NCBI GenBank assembly: GCA_951406725.2
Contig: OX597815.1
Span: forward strand, 207,452,001-207,516,000
Length of the DNA: 64,000 bases
Source of the DNA: Octopus vulgaris
Lineage: Eukaryota
Direction: 5' to 3'
The notes beneath the pieces were generated by a model that worked only from the letters and a program-made list of their open reading frames with translations, was not told where the DNA came from and ran no database searches. The position numbers were made by a program, and so were the translations under genes. The stretch's first letter is position 1. The number at the start of each line of letters is the position of its first letter. This document shows, one piece after another, positions 40,472-52,392 of this stretch.

Positions 40472-40789
40472 GTGAAGCTTTTGCATAAGATATGAGAAAG
40501 ACAAATGTGATTTTGTCACAGGATGTTAATGATGTTTGAAACATGACTTCGTTAACCCCATCATATGTTTTTACACTGATATAATTCTTAATAATTTCGT
40601 TAGTCCAAAGAAAAAATCGTGGGTAAGTGAATATATGATACATAAAAACATTTGTGGAGTCTTATTTAGAAAAGCTAATTGTATATAGTACCTAGTTCTT
40701 TGACAGTGTCAGCGATGTAATGGCAAGATTCAAGGCTATTTACTTTACGTTGTTCAAGTCTCTTGCCCTATAGGCGTAGGAGTGGTTGT

Positions 40790-41162
40790 GAGGTAAGTAG
40801 CTTGCCTACGAACCACATGGTTCCGGGTTCAGTCAAGTGTCTTCTGCTATAGCCTCGGGCCGACCAAAGCCTTGTGAGTGGATTTGGTAGACGGAAACTG
40901 AAAGAAGCCCGTCGTATATATGTATATATATTTATGTATGTGTGTGTATATGTTTGTGTGTCTGTGTTTGTTCCCCCCCCCAACATCGTTTGACAACCGA
41001 TGCTGGTGTGTTTACGTCCCTGTAGCTTAGCGGTGCGGCAAAAGAGACCGATAGAATAAATACTAGGCTTACAAACAATAAGCCCTGGGGATGATTTGCT
41101 CGACTAAAGGTGGTGCTCCAGCATGGCCACAGTCAAATGACTGAAACAAGTAAAAGAGTAAA
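40790..41162 (+). mobile_element. SINE family B, near full length
   Basis: GGCGTAGGAGTGGTTGTGAGGTAAG...(head begins ~40773)...CCAGCATGGCCACAGTCAAATGACTGAAACAAGTAAAAGAG. Confidence 0.9.
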
Positions 41163-41867
41163 CCACTTTCAAACCAAAGTGGGAAAGCAAATCAGATCTA
41201 TCTTAAAAAAAAAAAATTCATTAGAAAATGTAGTTCTGAATACGCTAATTATTTTACACTAGTTGGAATGATCGCTGTTTCGAAGAATGTGGGCCAAAGC
41301 GCTGCTGCCTCTATGCTGATCTGTGCTAAACAAGAACTAGTGATATATAGTTGCTTCGAATGACAAAGCTATTTTCGGCTTAATATAATAAACTTGTACA
41401 GAAAACTTTTCTTCGTTCAGTTAGTATTTACATATTAAATAAGTCAATGATGTGAGGCCTTCATTAAGCTAGTCCCCTTGTTTCTGTATTCTTTTCATGT
41501 TTCTATCTCTTTTGCTGAATTTTCTTTTTGATTTTCCTCTCATTTATGTAAAATTTCCTTCAATTTTAATTTCTTTTTCAGATATTTATAAACATTATAG
41601 TCCAATCCTTGTTGGGAAACATTTGGCATGTCACATTTCTGAATCTTACAAGTGTTGTTACCATTTAGAACATTAGTTCCGGGATCTGTGATTGAAGGAT
41701 ATTTAGTTAGCCACTTTAATTCTCTGGTGTTGCTAATGTCTTTGAGGAAGATATCAAGAGTGAATATCCCAGTTTCTTCCCATTTATAAAACAGTTACCA
41801 GTTTATGCGATGATCATCATCATCGCAATCATCAATGTCTTTCTGAATTATTATTATTATTATTATT

Positions 41868-42325
41868 TGGCTGCGAGCTGGCAGAGTTGTTAACACGCCG
41901 GGCAAAATACTTTGCAGCATTTCGGCAGTCATTACGTTCTGAGTTCAAATTCCACCGAGGTCAATTTTGCCTCCTTTCATTCTTTCGGAGTCGGTAACAT
42001 AAGTACCAGTTGAGCACTGGGGTCGATGTAATCGACTTTCTCTCTCCCCTGAACTTGCTGGCCTTGTGCTAAAATTTAAAATCATTATTATAATAGATTA
42101 GTACTATGTTTCATCTATCTCGAACGATGAAAGGCATATTGGCCTCGACGGTAAAGAGCTGTAGCTGAACAGCTATGTTCTGAGTTCAAATTCTACCGAG
42201 GTCAGCTTTTCCCTCCATCCTTACTGGATCAATAAAAAAATAGAGTAGCAATTAAATACTGGGTCGACCATATAGCTTAAACCCCATCCCTACAAAACTG
42301 CTACCCTTGTGCCTAGATTAGAAAG
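41868..42325 (+). mobile_element. Two diverged SINE A copies
   Basis: GGCTGCGAGCTGGCAGAG...GAGTTCAAATTCCACCGAGGTC, with a second core at ~42175. Confidence 0.75.
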
Positions 42326-43454
42326 TAGTAGTGGTGGTGGTGGTGGTGGTCGTCGTCGTCGTAGTAGTAGTAGAAGTATCAATGCCCTTTCAAACTCTTT
42401 CATGCGTGTCTAAGAAATCCCAGTCGTTATCATTTGTCAATCTGATGTAGCATCGTATCTATAGAAAATAGTTCCGTTCGTATATTCTTTGTTTCTACTT
42501 CAAATTTTGAAATTTACCAAATGAAAAATGCCAAGAGAAACATTTGGTAAACCTCCAAACTCCATCATTGCTGTGTGTGTGTGTGTCAGCGACTGTTTGT
42601 GTAGGGTTGGTATGTACCCGTATGTACGTGATGTAAGTACGAATCATAATCGCCGTGCTTTTTTAATCTCGCATTAAAATCTTGGGTCGAACTAACCTTG
42701 ATGTCAATACAAATATGTTAGCACGTTAATGAGCTGATATACGTGATGAAAACGTTAAATTAACTTGGCCAGTGCTGAACACTTAACGCTAACCCCACCA
42801 TTTCAGAGTATTTTTGCCAAATATTTCAACATACCTTTTTATTCTGCTTCATCTTATCGTTTTAGAAATCTCACATCTCATACTTCAAATTTTCTTTCAT
42901 TCAAAGTAAGAAAAATTCTTCGTACATTTTTAAAATAGTTTGGCAAGTGTGTTAAATAAATAATCACGTTTGTATTTATAGAATGTTTAGATAGCTTCAT
43001 CTATTATACGATTCTATGAAAGAAGCTGTGATGAACGCTGCAGTTTCGAGTTTCAGGATGAAGCGGTGATGTTTTAAGGGACCTTCTCGGTCCATCGATT
43101 TATTACTTTTTTTTTTTTGATTACCTGAATATATGTGTAAGTGTGTGGGCGTGTATGTTGCTAATATGTGTGTATATATGAGTGTGTGTGTATGTATGTA
43201 TATAATGCAGACACACAAATATGCATATAATATATGAATATATTTGTGTGTGTGTGTATATATATTTATTTATGTCTGTGTGTTTAAAATTCACACACAA
43301 ATATGCATATAATATATGAATATACCTCTGTGTGTGTGTGTGCGTCGCGTGTGTGTGTGTGTGTGTGTGCGTCGTGTGTGTGTGTGCGTGTGTGTGTGTA
43401 CGCAGATTTCTCAAAAACGTGTGTATTCTATTCAAGCAGAAATGGAAATGCTTT

Positions 43455-43870
43455 GAGCAGGAGTGGCTGTGTGGTAAGTAGCTTGCTTACCAACCACATG
43501 GTTCCGGGTTCAGTCCCACTGTGTGGCATCTTGGGCAAGTGTCTTCTGCTATAGTCTCGGGCCGACCAATGCCTTGTGAGTGGATTTGGTAGACGGAAAC
43601 TGAAAGAAGCCTGTCATATATATGTATATATATATGTATGTATGTGTGTGTATATGTTTGTGTCTGTGTTTGTCTCCCCAACATCGCTTGACAACCGATG
43701 CTGGTGTGTTTACGTCCCCGTCACTTAGCGGTTCGGCAAAAAGACCGATAGAATAAGTACTGGGCTTACAAAGAATAAGTCCCGGGGTCGATTTGCTCGA
43801 CTAAGGGCGGAGCTCCAGCATGGCCGCAGTCAAATGACTGAAACAAGTAAAAGAGAGAGAGTAAAGAGCA
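43455..43870 (+). mobile_element. SINE family B, full length
   Basis: GCAGGAGTGGCTGTGTGGTAAG...GGGTTCAGTCCC (A/B boxes), CORE-like CTTGGGCAAGTGTCTT, an internal microsatellite, and a tail with GTAAAAGAG repeats. Confidence 0.9.
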
Positions 43871-45389
43871 ACTTCCTAATTACTAACTCAGTACAGGTAC
43901 AACAAAATTCAATGAAGAAAAAAAAAAAATGCTTTTCTTTCCCTCTTGTCTGAGACAACATTTTAACCATGAGAAGGCGCGTAGTCTTATGGATAAGGCT
44001 GTTCAGCTCATGATCATAAGTGAGTTACTTCAATTCCTGAAACAGATGGTGCGACGTCTCCTGGAGCAAGATACTTTATTTCACGCTGCTTCAGTCTGAT
44101 TACCTTTAATGTCTACTAGGCAGCTGTTGTTGCTGCCTTCTATCATATTTACTTGTCTCTATCCGTCTGTAGATCTATCCTTCCATCTGCCTATCGATCT
44201 GTCTTTATCTTTCTATATTACTTTGTATATTATTATATCATTATATATTACTATAACTATATTACCTGCGATAAGTGCTTATAGTAGCTAGACGTTGAGG
44301 TTATAAGACATAATGGTATCATTGAGACTCAAAGGTGTCAGGTAATACTGAATAAGTGTTATAGACAGACCATAGTTAAGTTCAAAATTCGGTAATATTG
44401 CGAATAAAGGGTTCAACGTTGGTTCTATGTCAGCGTGTGCATATAAGAAGTTTTTGCGTAATACGGTGAAAAACCAAGGCAGTATAGATATTAGAGCATT
44501 TATAGATAGAAGGTCTTTCAGCTGTTTCTAGGATGTTAATTAATAATATCCCCTCGTCGGAGACGGTGTGAGAGGAAAATTAAGTCAAAATTAATGACGC
44601 AAAAAAATTCTTATATAACTACATTACTATATTTTTCTATATTACTATCCAATTACCCATTTCTCTATCTTACTAGCTTACAGACAAATTATTAATTTAT
44701 CGATCCATCAATAAATATATTTTTATTGATTTGTCAATCAATTTACATATAGATGCATAAATCTATCTTACTGCTTCTTTATCTGTTTAGATGTATTCAA
44801 CCATCTCATCTATCAATACATTTAAACATGAAAACCTAAACCAACAGTGAAACGAAGAGTCAAACGCCTTATAAGTTGGTCATATAGTTAGAAGAGCTCC
44901 CTTCGTTCTGATGTTTTTCGTATTTATGGATTCCTCAGCGTTTCATTGAATCAATTTCTCGCATATATGTATGCATTGCCGCCATATCCAGAATACTACA
45001 GGGTGTGTCAAGAGATTAAAAATACTGAAAGAAAAACAAAAATTCATCCTCACAAATATCGAAAGATAATTGTAAAGAAGCCGGAAACGTAGAAAACCTT
45101 ACGAAATTTACAAAATGTTTAGATTTCCGAAAAGAATCATCAGATGTTTTATTAGTGGAATAAAACAATTTAGCGATCAGATATCAAACCGATTAAATAT
45201 AAATATTGAACGTAAGTGTGTGGTGAAGAAACTTACTTCCCAGCCACGTGGTCTTGGGTTCAGTCCCATTGCGCGGCAACTTAGGCAAGTACATTCTACT
45301 ATATCCCCGGGCCAACCAAACCCTTCTGATTGAATTTAGTAAACGGAAACTAAAAAAAAAACGTCGTGCGCGCGTGCATGTGTCATGGA

Positions 45390-45433
<44 letters not shown>

Positions 45434-45440
45434 ATACATA

Positions 45441-46710
45441 CAGGGTGTCCCCAAAAAATGTATACACACTAGATAATTGTAAAGTAGGTTTTTATTAAAA
45501 TACATTTCGTTTTCAAAATTTAATAGAACCTACAGTCATTATTTTATTGTTTTGTCAACGTCTGTCTTCAAAATGACATCCGTTCTGGTCCAGGCTCTGC
45601 TGACAACGCGAAGCTCTGGAATCGCAAGCATTACGAAAGAATTCGTTTGGTATTTGTTGGCATTCTCGTTCAATGGCTGCTCTCAAATCAGCGACTGTTG
45701 CAGGTTTCATAGCGTAGACTGTGTCTTTTAGCTATCTCCATAAAAAAAGTCTAGTGGTGTGAGGTCTGGTGAACGTGGAGGGTATTCAATGAGGCCCCTT
45801 CGTCCAATCCACCTGTTTAGCAAGATCTCATCAAGGAAGGATCTAACATCGCGATGGTAGTGTTGAGATGCCCCATCTTGCTGAAAACAAAACTCCTTAT
45901 CTTCAAAGTCTTCTCCAATGCTTGGCATGACAGACTGCTGTTGCAGCAAGTTAAAGTAAACGGGACCAGTCACAGCAGCGTCAAAAAAGAATGGTCCAAT
46001 TAATCCTCTTGATAATAAGTCACACCACACTGTAACTCCTGGAAAATTAACATGGTGTACCGCCATGACATGCGGATTCTCAGGTCCCCAGTAGGTGCAA
46101 TTGTGGCCGTTAATTGAACCATTTAATTTGGATGTGGCCTCATCATTCCACGCAATCTTTGTTGGCAAGTGTGCATCTTCTACACATCCTGCCAAATACC
46201 ACCCGCAATACTGCACTCTTCCGTCTGGATCATCGTCATTAGTAGCATGGACTAATCTTGGAACGTAACTTTTTTCCATTAACAGCGCTTCAAAATGCGT
46301 TGGACAGACGATATCGACATACCTGCCACACGACTCGCTTGCCGCATAGATTTTCTTGGACATTGGTGATACGTTTCCAGCACTCCTTTTTGGTTTATGG
46401 GGGTTGTCGATGATCGTGGTCTTTCGGAACGTTTCTCCTGAACATTCTGAACGGTTCCATCGGCTTCAAACTTACCTCAAATTTGGGCGATGGCAAGTTA
46501 CATTGGTGGATCTGTTTTGAAACTCTCCTAAACTGTCTTCGTAGTTCCACGGCGTTTTCAAACATTCAGTAGCAATTTACAATGACTTCCCTTTGCTCAA
46601 AGCTTCGTCCATTTGCCATCGTTAATTCCACTGGGTTTCATCTGGAAAGAATAAGATCATCAGTTGAGTTATCAGCTGCTAAAGTGTGTATACATATTTT
46701 GGACAACCTA
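45441..46710 (-). mobile_element. Tc1/mariner DD41D (rosa/Visitor-like) transposon with pseudogenised transposase, inserted in a SINE B microsatellite
   Basis: TA|CAGGGTGTCCCCAAAAAATGTATACACACT ... AGTGTGTATACATATTTTGGACAACCTA|TA. The transposase (~45555-46619) has stops and frameshifts. Motifs WNDEA, FQQDGA and [13 protein letters not shown], with 41 residues between D2 and D3. Host SINE B halves lie at ~45213-45365 and ~46975-47155. Confidence 0.9.
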
Positions 46711-46735
46711 TATATTCATATATATTCATATATTC

Positions 46736-46924
46736 ATTGTGTGGAATGATGAGTCCACATCCAAATTAAATGGTTCAATTAACCGCCACAATTGCACCTA
46801 CTTTGGACCTGAGAATCCGCATGTCATGGCGGTACACCATGTTAATTTCCCAGGAGTTACAGTGTGGTGTGACTTATCATCAAGAGGATTAATTGGACCA
46901 TTCTTTTTTGAAGCTACTGTGACT
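46736..46924 (+). repeat. Inverted duplicate of the internal transposase segment 45968-46156
   Basis: [61 protein letters not shown] is near-identical to the minus-strand copy. Confidence 0.9.
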
Positions 46925-46946
46925 ATATATATACATTGTAAATGTG

Positions 46947-46977
<31 letters not shown>

Positions 46978-47920
46978 TTGTCTGTCCCGTAGCACAGCTC
47001 TTGACAACCGGTGCTACTTTGTTTACGTTTCCGTCGCGTATCAGTTTGGCTGAAAAGTCCAACAAAATAAGTACTAGAATAGATTTGTTCGACTGAACCT
47101 TTGAAGTCAGTGCCCCAGCATGGTCATGGTCCAATGATTAAAACAAGAATAAAATAAATGACCATGGTGAGGTTAATTGTCTGGAAAATTATAAACTAAA
47201 TATTGATGCAACTTCAGACATTTCAATTAGTCTAAAATGTATTCCTAATATTGAATACGGTAATGAACGCATGGTTTCATATTTCCTAACACTGAGTGTT
47301 TATAGTATAAACCACCTGGGGGACCTGAACTTGTGTGGGTGCAGAAAGTTTGCTCTTTATTAAGTGGAGGCTAATACGATCAAACCAAATAAGACGGGTT
47401 TGCCATTTACAATTACAGTTAACTTTGGCTGTCTTGGCACTCCATCGCTTACGACGACGAGTGTTCCAGTTGATTCGATCAGCGGAACAGCTTGCTCTGA
47501 AATTAACGTGCAATTGGCTGAGCACTCCCCAGACATGCGAACCCTTAACATAGTTCTCAGGAAGATTCAGCGTTATATACAGGATGTGTCAATTCTGACC
47601 ATTTGAATTACAGGTACGCCTCATTTTTGCCAGCTAACATTATCAACAGCAAAATCCCTCGCCTACCAATTAAAAATAAATGAGGTTTCGTTAACGGTGT
47701 ATAGGAACATTGATATTAAACCACTCTGAACAGCTTAAGGAGCAAGTCTTCGCTTTTTACGTAATACGTGAGCACGCACACACATTAACTATCTGTCTGT
47801 CTCTCTCCCCTTTCTCTCTCTCACCTCTTTCTCTCTCTCCTCCCTTTCTCTCTCTCTCAGCGTCAGCGTTAAGGTCAAATTATGCATTATCAACTATATA
47901 TTGGTATATATGTTTGCGCT

Positions 47921-48132
47921 GAAGGCAGCGAGCTGGCAGAATCTTTAGCACGCCGGGCGAAATGCTACGTTCTGAGTTCAAATTCCGCCGAGGTCGACTT
48001 TGCCTTTCGTCCTTTCGGGGTCGATTAAATAAGTACCAATTACGCACTGGGGTCGATATAATCGACTTAATCCCTTTGTCTGTCCTTGTTTGTCCCCTCT
48101 GTGTGTAGCCCCTTGTGGGAAGTAAAGAAATA
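47921..48132 (+). mobile_element. SINE family A monomer with internal deletion
   Basis: Head, core and tail match family A. TSD GGTATATATGTTTGC. Confidence 0.85.
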
Positions 48133-48457
48133 GGTATATATGTTTGCTCAGTCTTATATATTTGCACCAAAGTCTTATTGTGTATTTAAAAGATTTGCTT
48201 CGCAGCCACGTCCATCCAGTTCCATTTTATTGCACAGCATCCTGTCAGTGTGTTCTACTATTGCTTTCAGTCGGTCAAATCCTGACAGACTCATTAGTAC
48301 TGTACTTCCTTCTTTGTCTAAGCTAATTGAAGTGATATTAGTTGTGTATCTAAAATATAATTAAACGATATAATTTTATTGTTGTGTCTGGAGAGAGTCA
48401 TTATGTCAATATAATTAACACACACTGGTTCAATTCCACCCATTCATTAAACATCCG

Positions 48458-48857
48458 GGATCTTTTCGGTTTGAACGGCAGTTTTTTTCTAGCGGTGTCA
48501 TATGATATTGTCACCCATAATTATGACCCTAGTATCGATCTATTGCATTTCAAACTGTGTTAGGGTTAGGGGTGGGGGGGAAGAGTATCTTTTTTCTTCA
48601 CAAATGTAAATAAACCCAATCTGTTTCTTAAACGAGGGACATATTCATACGGCACAGAATGTTTTCACCTCGATAGACGGTCATTGATTGGTTGAAATTG
48701 CCGAAATGCAAGAAATTGAAGACCAAATATCTTACAAAACATAGTATTTTCTCAATAAAGCCAAGAGAAAAAGATGTTTTATGAACACATTCTACCAATA
48801 TACGAAGTTTCAAAGTGTTTAGTTACCTAGAAATTATGTTAAAAACCGAAAAGATCC
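48458..48857. mobile_element. 400-bp MITE with 15-bp perfect TIR, containing TTAGGG motifs
   Basis: GGATCTTTTCGGTTT / AAACCGAAAAGATCC. A related element at ~50868-51368 shares GTCATTGATTGGTTGAAATT.CCGAAAT and ACACATTCTACCA.TAT.CGAAGTTT. Confidence 0.8.
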
Positions 48858-48977
48858 AGCACCCGATTGTTTTGTCTTTGGTTGTCAAAGCTCTTTCGTT
48901 GCTTCTTGCAACCTTTTCAGTGACTATTGATTTAGTCCGGTATAGAGACCGCATTTGTTTGTTTGAGATCTTGTTGC

Positions 48978-49008
<31 letters not shown>

Positions 49009-49071
49009 CAGCAGCGTGTGTGTGTGCACTAGCGTGTGCTTTTGTATGTATGTAATTTATGTATCTATGTG

Positions 49072-49372
49072 ATCACGTGACTGACCAAGCTATCAGATGT
49101 TGCTACACATTGCTGGTCACAATGCGTTCGCATTGTTTTAGCCTTCGAACGACGTCACCCCGCTGGCTAAGCGAGCAGGCCAACAGAAGAAAGTGGGAGA
49201 AAGAGTGGTGAAAGAGTACAACAGGGGTCGCCACCACCCCCTACCGGAGCCTCGTGGAGCTTTTAGGTGTTTTCGCTCAATAAACACACACAACGCCCGG
49301 TTTGGGAATCGAAACCGCGATCCTCCAACCGCGAGTCCGCTGCCCTAACCATTGGGCCATCGCGCCTCCACG
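49072..49372 (-). mobile_element. SINE family C (body X, third tail type)
   Basis: Minus-strand tRNA-like head GTGGAGGCGCGATGGCCCAATGGTTAGGGCAGCGGACTCGCGG...GGTTTCGATTCCC and body TTTATTGAGCGAAAACACCTAAAAGCTCCACG. Confidence 0.85.
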
Positions 49373-49515
49373 TAGCTATATATGTATGCATATAATTTAT
49401 GTATCTATGTATCATGTATGTATGTATGTACGTATTCGACATATTCGTCTTTGTGCGTCTGAGTGTGTGCGTGTGTTTGCGTGCGCGTAATTGTGTATGT
49501 AAGTGTGCATGTATG

Positions 49516-49567
<52 letters not shown>

Positions 49568-49965
49568 GTGTTTGTGTCGTATAGTGAAACTGTACACCCC
49601 TCCCGGTAAAAAGTGGTAGTACCCAGCCATTACAAATAGACCAGTAGCCGGTCGACGGACTGAAGGACGAAGCAGGCGGTTTGAGATATTCGTATTGGAG
49701 TTAAATTTATCCTGATATTTGTTAGACGTAAGTCACTTTGTTGAATAATTGTTGAAGGTTTTCCCTCGTAGGTGTACCCAAAATTATTTATTGTTATTGT
49801 TGAAATTGCTAATTATTATTTTTGAATTGTTGTTCTTCTTTTTTCACATTGTGGGAAAAATCCGAGAGGGTGCCACTAGGAGGCCAGAGCTATGCGGATG
49901 CAACTGGAAACGGGGTGAAAGTTGAAGCGCTGGAAGTACATGAAGTTAAAGTCGAACCTAAGAAA

Positions 49966-50300
49966 ATGAGTTCAAATTCCACCGAGATCGACTTTGCCTT
50001 TCATCCTTTTGGGGGCGATTAAATAAGTACCAGTTACGCACTGAGGTCGATATAATCGACTAAATCCCTTTGTCTGTCCTTGTTTGTCCTCTCTGTGTTT
50101 AGCCCCTTGTGGGTGGTAAAGAAATGGGCATTTCGTCTGCCGTTACGTTCTGAGTTCAAATTCCGCCGAGGTCGACTTTGCCTTTCATCCTTTCGGGGTC
50201 GATAAATTAAGTACCAGTTACGAACTGGGGTCGATGTAATTGACTTGATCCCTTGTTTGTCCCCTCTATGTTTAACTCCCTGTGGACAATAAAGAAATAA
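49966..50300 (+). mobile_element. SINE family A dimer, 5' truncated
   Basis: Two cores joined at AAAGAAATGG|GCATTTCG. Confidence 0.85.
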
Positions 50301-50867
50301 AAAAAGGTGATATTTGAGGAAAATTTGGGATCCCTGAATGTGTGACTAGTAAAAGATTACTTTGCCGTGATACGAACTCAGAATGTCCTAAATCGGAACT
50401 ATACATTACAAGTTCGGTGTCGTAGCGCTTGTGCTACTTCACAGTTGCACTTCTGGCTGTTATACACTAAACATCTGTTTTCTACGTTTTCCTATAATTT
50501 TTCGATTTTAATTGACAAACTACACCGGATTCCTGAGTTAGGTTTAGTTAGTTAAAATAATCTAGAATCTTTTGATCAAACGATAAGATATTGTAAATAT
50601 GTTGATAATTTGAAACATTGGTTTTTAAGCACAAAAATAAATAAACGAGTAACACAAACATAAAAAACATGTAAACAAAAATGTTAGTAAACAAATAAAA
50701 GGGAGAATCTCAAGATGTCATAATACGTAACTCGTTAATTCAGAGTGGTTTATTACGTTCGGTAACCGCGTCCTTGTGAGGTTTCTCGGTTTCTAATTCT
50801 GACCACGATCGCACTTACGAAACGCTCCAACGAATCCTTCCTTTACATAGTTATATCCCTCTGAAAT

Positions 50868-51368
50868 ATCCTTTTTACCTGTTAGGGTTGGGGATTTAGG
50901 GTTAGGTTAGAGTTACAGAAAAAAGTGAAAAATGAAGAAATTGGAGGGGGAGGAGCAAAAAAGTGTTTCCGAAAATAATAGCTGAAAAATAGGAAAAAAA
51001 AACTAAAAGCAGTAGAAATGCACAAACGGTTATGGTGGTGCCATGAAGTAAACACGCTTCGGATACACACGTTTGTTTATACAAACGTAACTGAGATGAA
51101 ATATGTCATAAATGGAATATACACCTCCGAAAGTTGTTGACAAACAACAGCTGTAATTTTATTCAGCTGAATACGCGTCATTGATTGGTTGAAATTACCG
51201 AAATACGACAACTTTAACACGATATAACTTCGTAAATATAAACTTTTCTCAAAAATGCTAAGACTAAAAGATGTTTTATATGACACATTCTACCAGTATG
51301 CGAAGTTTGAAAGTGTTTAATTACAAAAAATTTATTTTCTAAACCTGCTGGTCAAAAGGTGAAGATCC
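50868..51368. mobile_element. MITE related to 48458-48857 (left end eroded)
   Basis: Shared internal blocks and TTAGGG-like motifs. The right end is AAAAGGTGAAGATCC. Confidence 0.6.
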
Positions 51369-51499
51369 AAATCGTAGAATACTTGCAGTCTTGCAAAAGA
51401 GCATCAGTAATAATTGTAGCGTGTAATAACTGCAATAATTGTTTTAATAATTGTAGCGTTCGTGTGAAATTTGTATTTTATGGCCGTTTGAACTTACTT

Positions 51500-51873
51500 G
51501 TACTTGTGGTGACATTCACCCTGAGCGGGTTGAGTCGGCTTCTTCTATTCATGGAAGAAGTTTCGTGGGAATATGTGGATTTCACAAGCGGTCCCCAACA
51601 ATCCCGCATGTGAAGACATCCTGTTTGCCGCAGATTGTCCGCAGAGGCAGGAACAGAACGACCGAGGAGCCGCCAGTTGCCGAAACAGACACTCCGAGGA
51701 TTTTCACCAGAGCCCCGTCATCTGCCGGGTTGTGGCCCTAATACTACTCGGTGTCAGACCAATCCGCCTTGGGTAGCCCTACCAGGAACCGAAGTTCCCG
51801 ACGGCATAGCTCTGACACTACCCGTTACCAGCGTCCCCACCACGGTGAGGAGGGGATGGACTTTGGGGGCGCC
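51500..51873 (-). mobile_element. 5' leader fragment of an RTE-type LINE
   Basis: GC-rich island. The minus strand CCTCACCGTGGTGGGG...AGAGCTATGCCGTCGGGA...TCCTGGTAGGGCTACCCAAGGC resembles RTE-clade 5' UTRs as recalled. No ORF2 follows. Confidence 0.65.
51756..51873 (-). ncRNA. HDV-like self-cleaving ribozyme fold (slightly decayed)
   Basis: P1 GGCGCCCC/GGGACGCU (G1-U wobble, one C-A mismatch); P2 AGUCCA/UGGUCU; P3 CCCC/GGUG; L3 UCCUCACCGU; P1.1 GG followed by UAAC; P4 GGGUAG/CUACCC with an inner GGAAC-UUCG-GUUCC hairpin; J4/2 GGCGGA containing the catalytic-position C. Confidence 0.7.
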
Positions 51874-52239
51874 AGCTGACATTATCATACTTTCCACTCA
51901 TCATTAGCCGATCTCCTCCACTGTCGACCCCCCATCGCCATTATCCATCTCGTCATCGTTATCATCGTATTTTCGTTATCATCGTAATTTATCACCACCA
52001 TCATACTCAACCTCTTTTCATTATCGTGAATTTTTTCCATACAAAAGTCACAATCTCCGGTCCACTTTTTTTGCATGCTCTTTTGTATCTACTCCTTTCG
52101 GTGATGTTCAAAGCAATTTTATCGATTTTTGCAGAAACTTGAAGAAAGCTACTGTTTATACTGCACACTATGGCACAGCCAGTTTCTCTGTAGTTCTATT
52201 ACTACGGCCAATCTCTCTCTAGTTCTCAACATCTCTCTC

Positions 52240-52283
<44 letters not shown>

Positions 52284-52392
52284 ATGTACTCGCTCCTTTC
52301 TTCCATGTCGTCGGAGTCTCAATGATCCGCAAGTGTACGTCTTAATGAAGCAAAGAGTTATTCATAGATGGAAGAAACCGTCATCATATATC

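Noticed and set aside
45728-46363. 211-aa ORF as an active or domesticated transposase
   Set aside because: The N-terminus has multiple stops and frameshifts, there is a frameshift after LDFF, and conserved residues are altered. It is a pseudogene.
48560-48580. TTAGGG repeats as a telomere or fusion site
   Set aside because: Only 2-3 units, internal to a MITE family.
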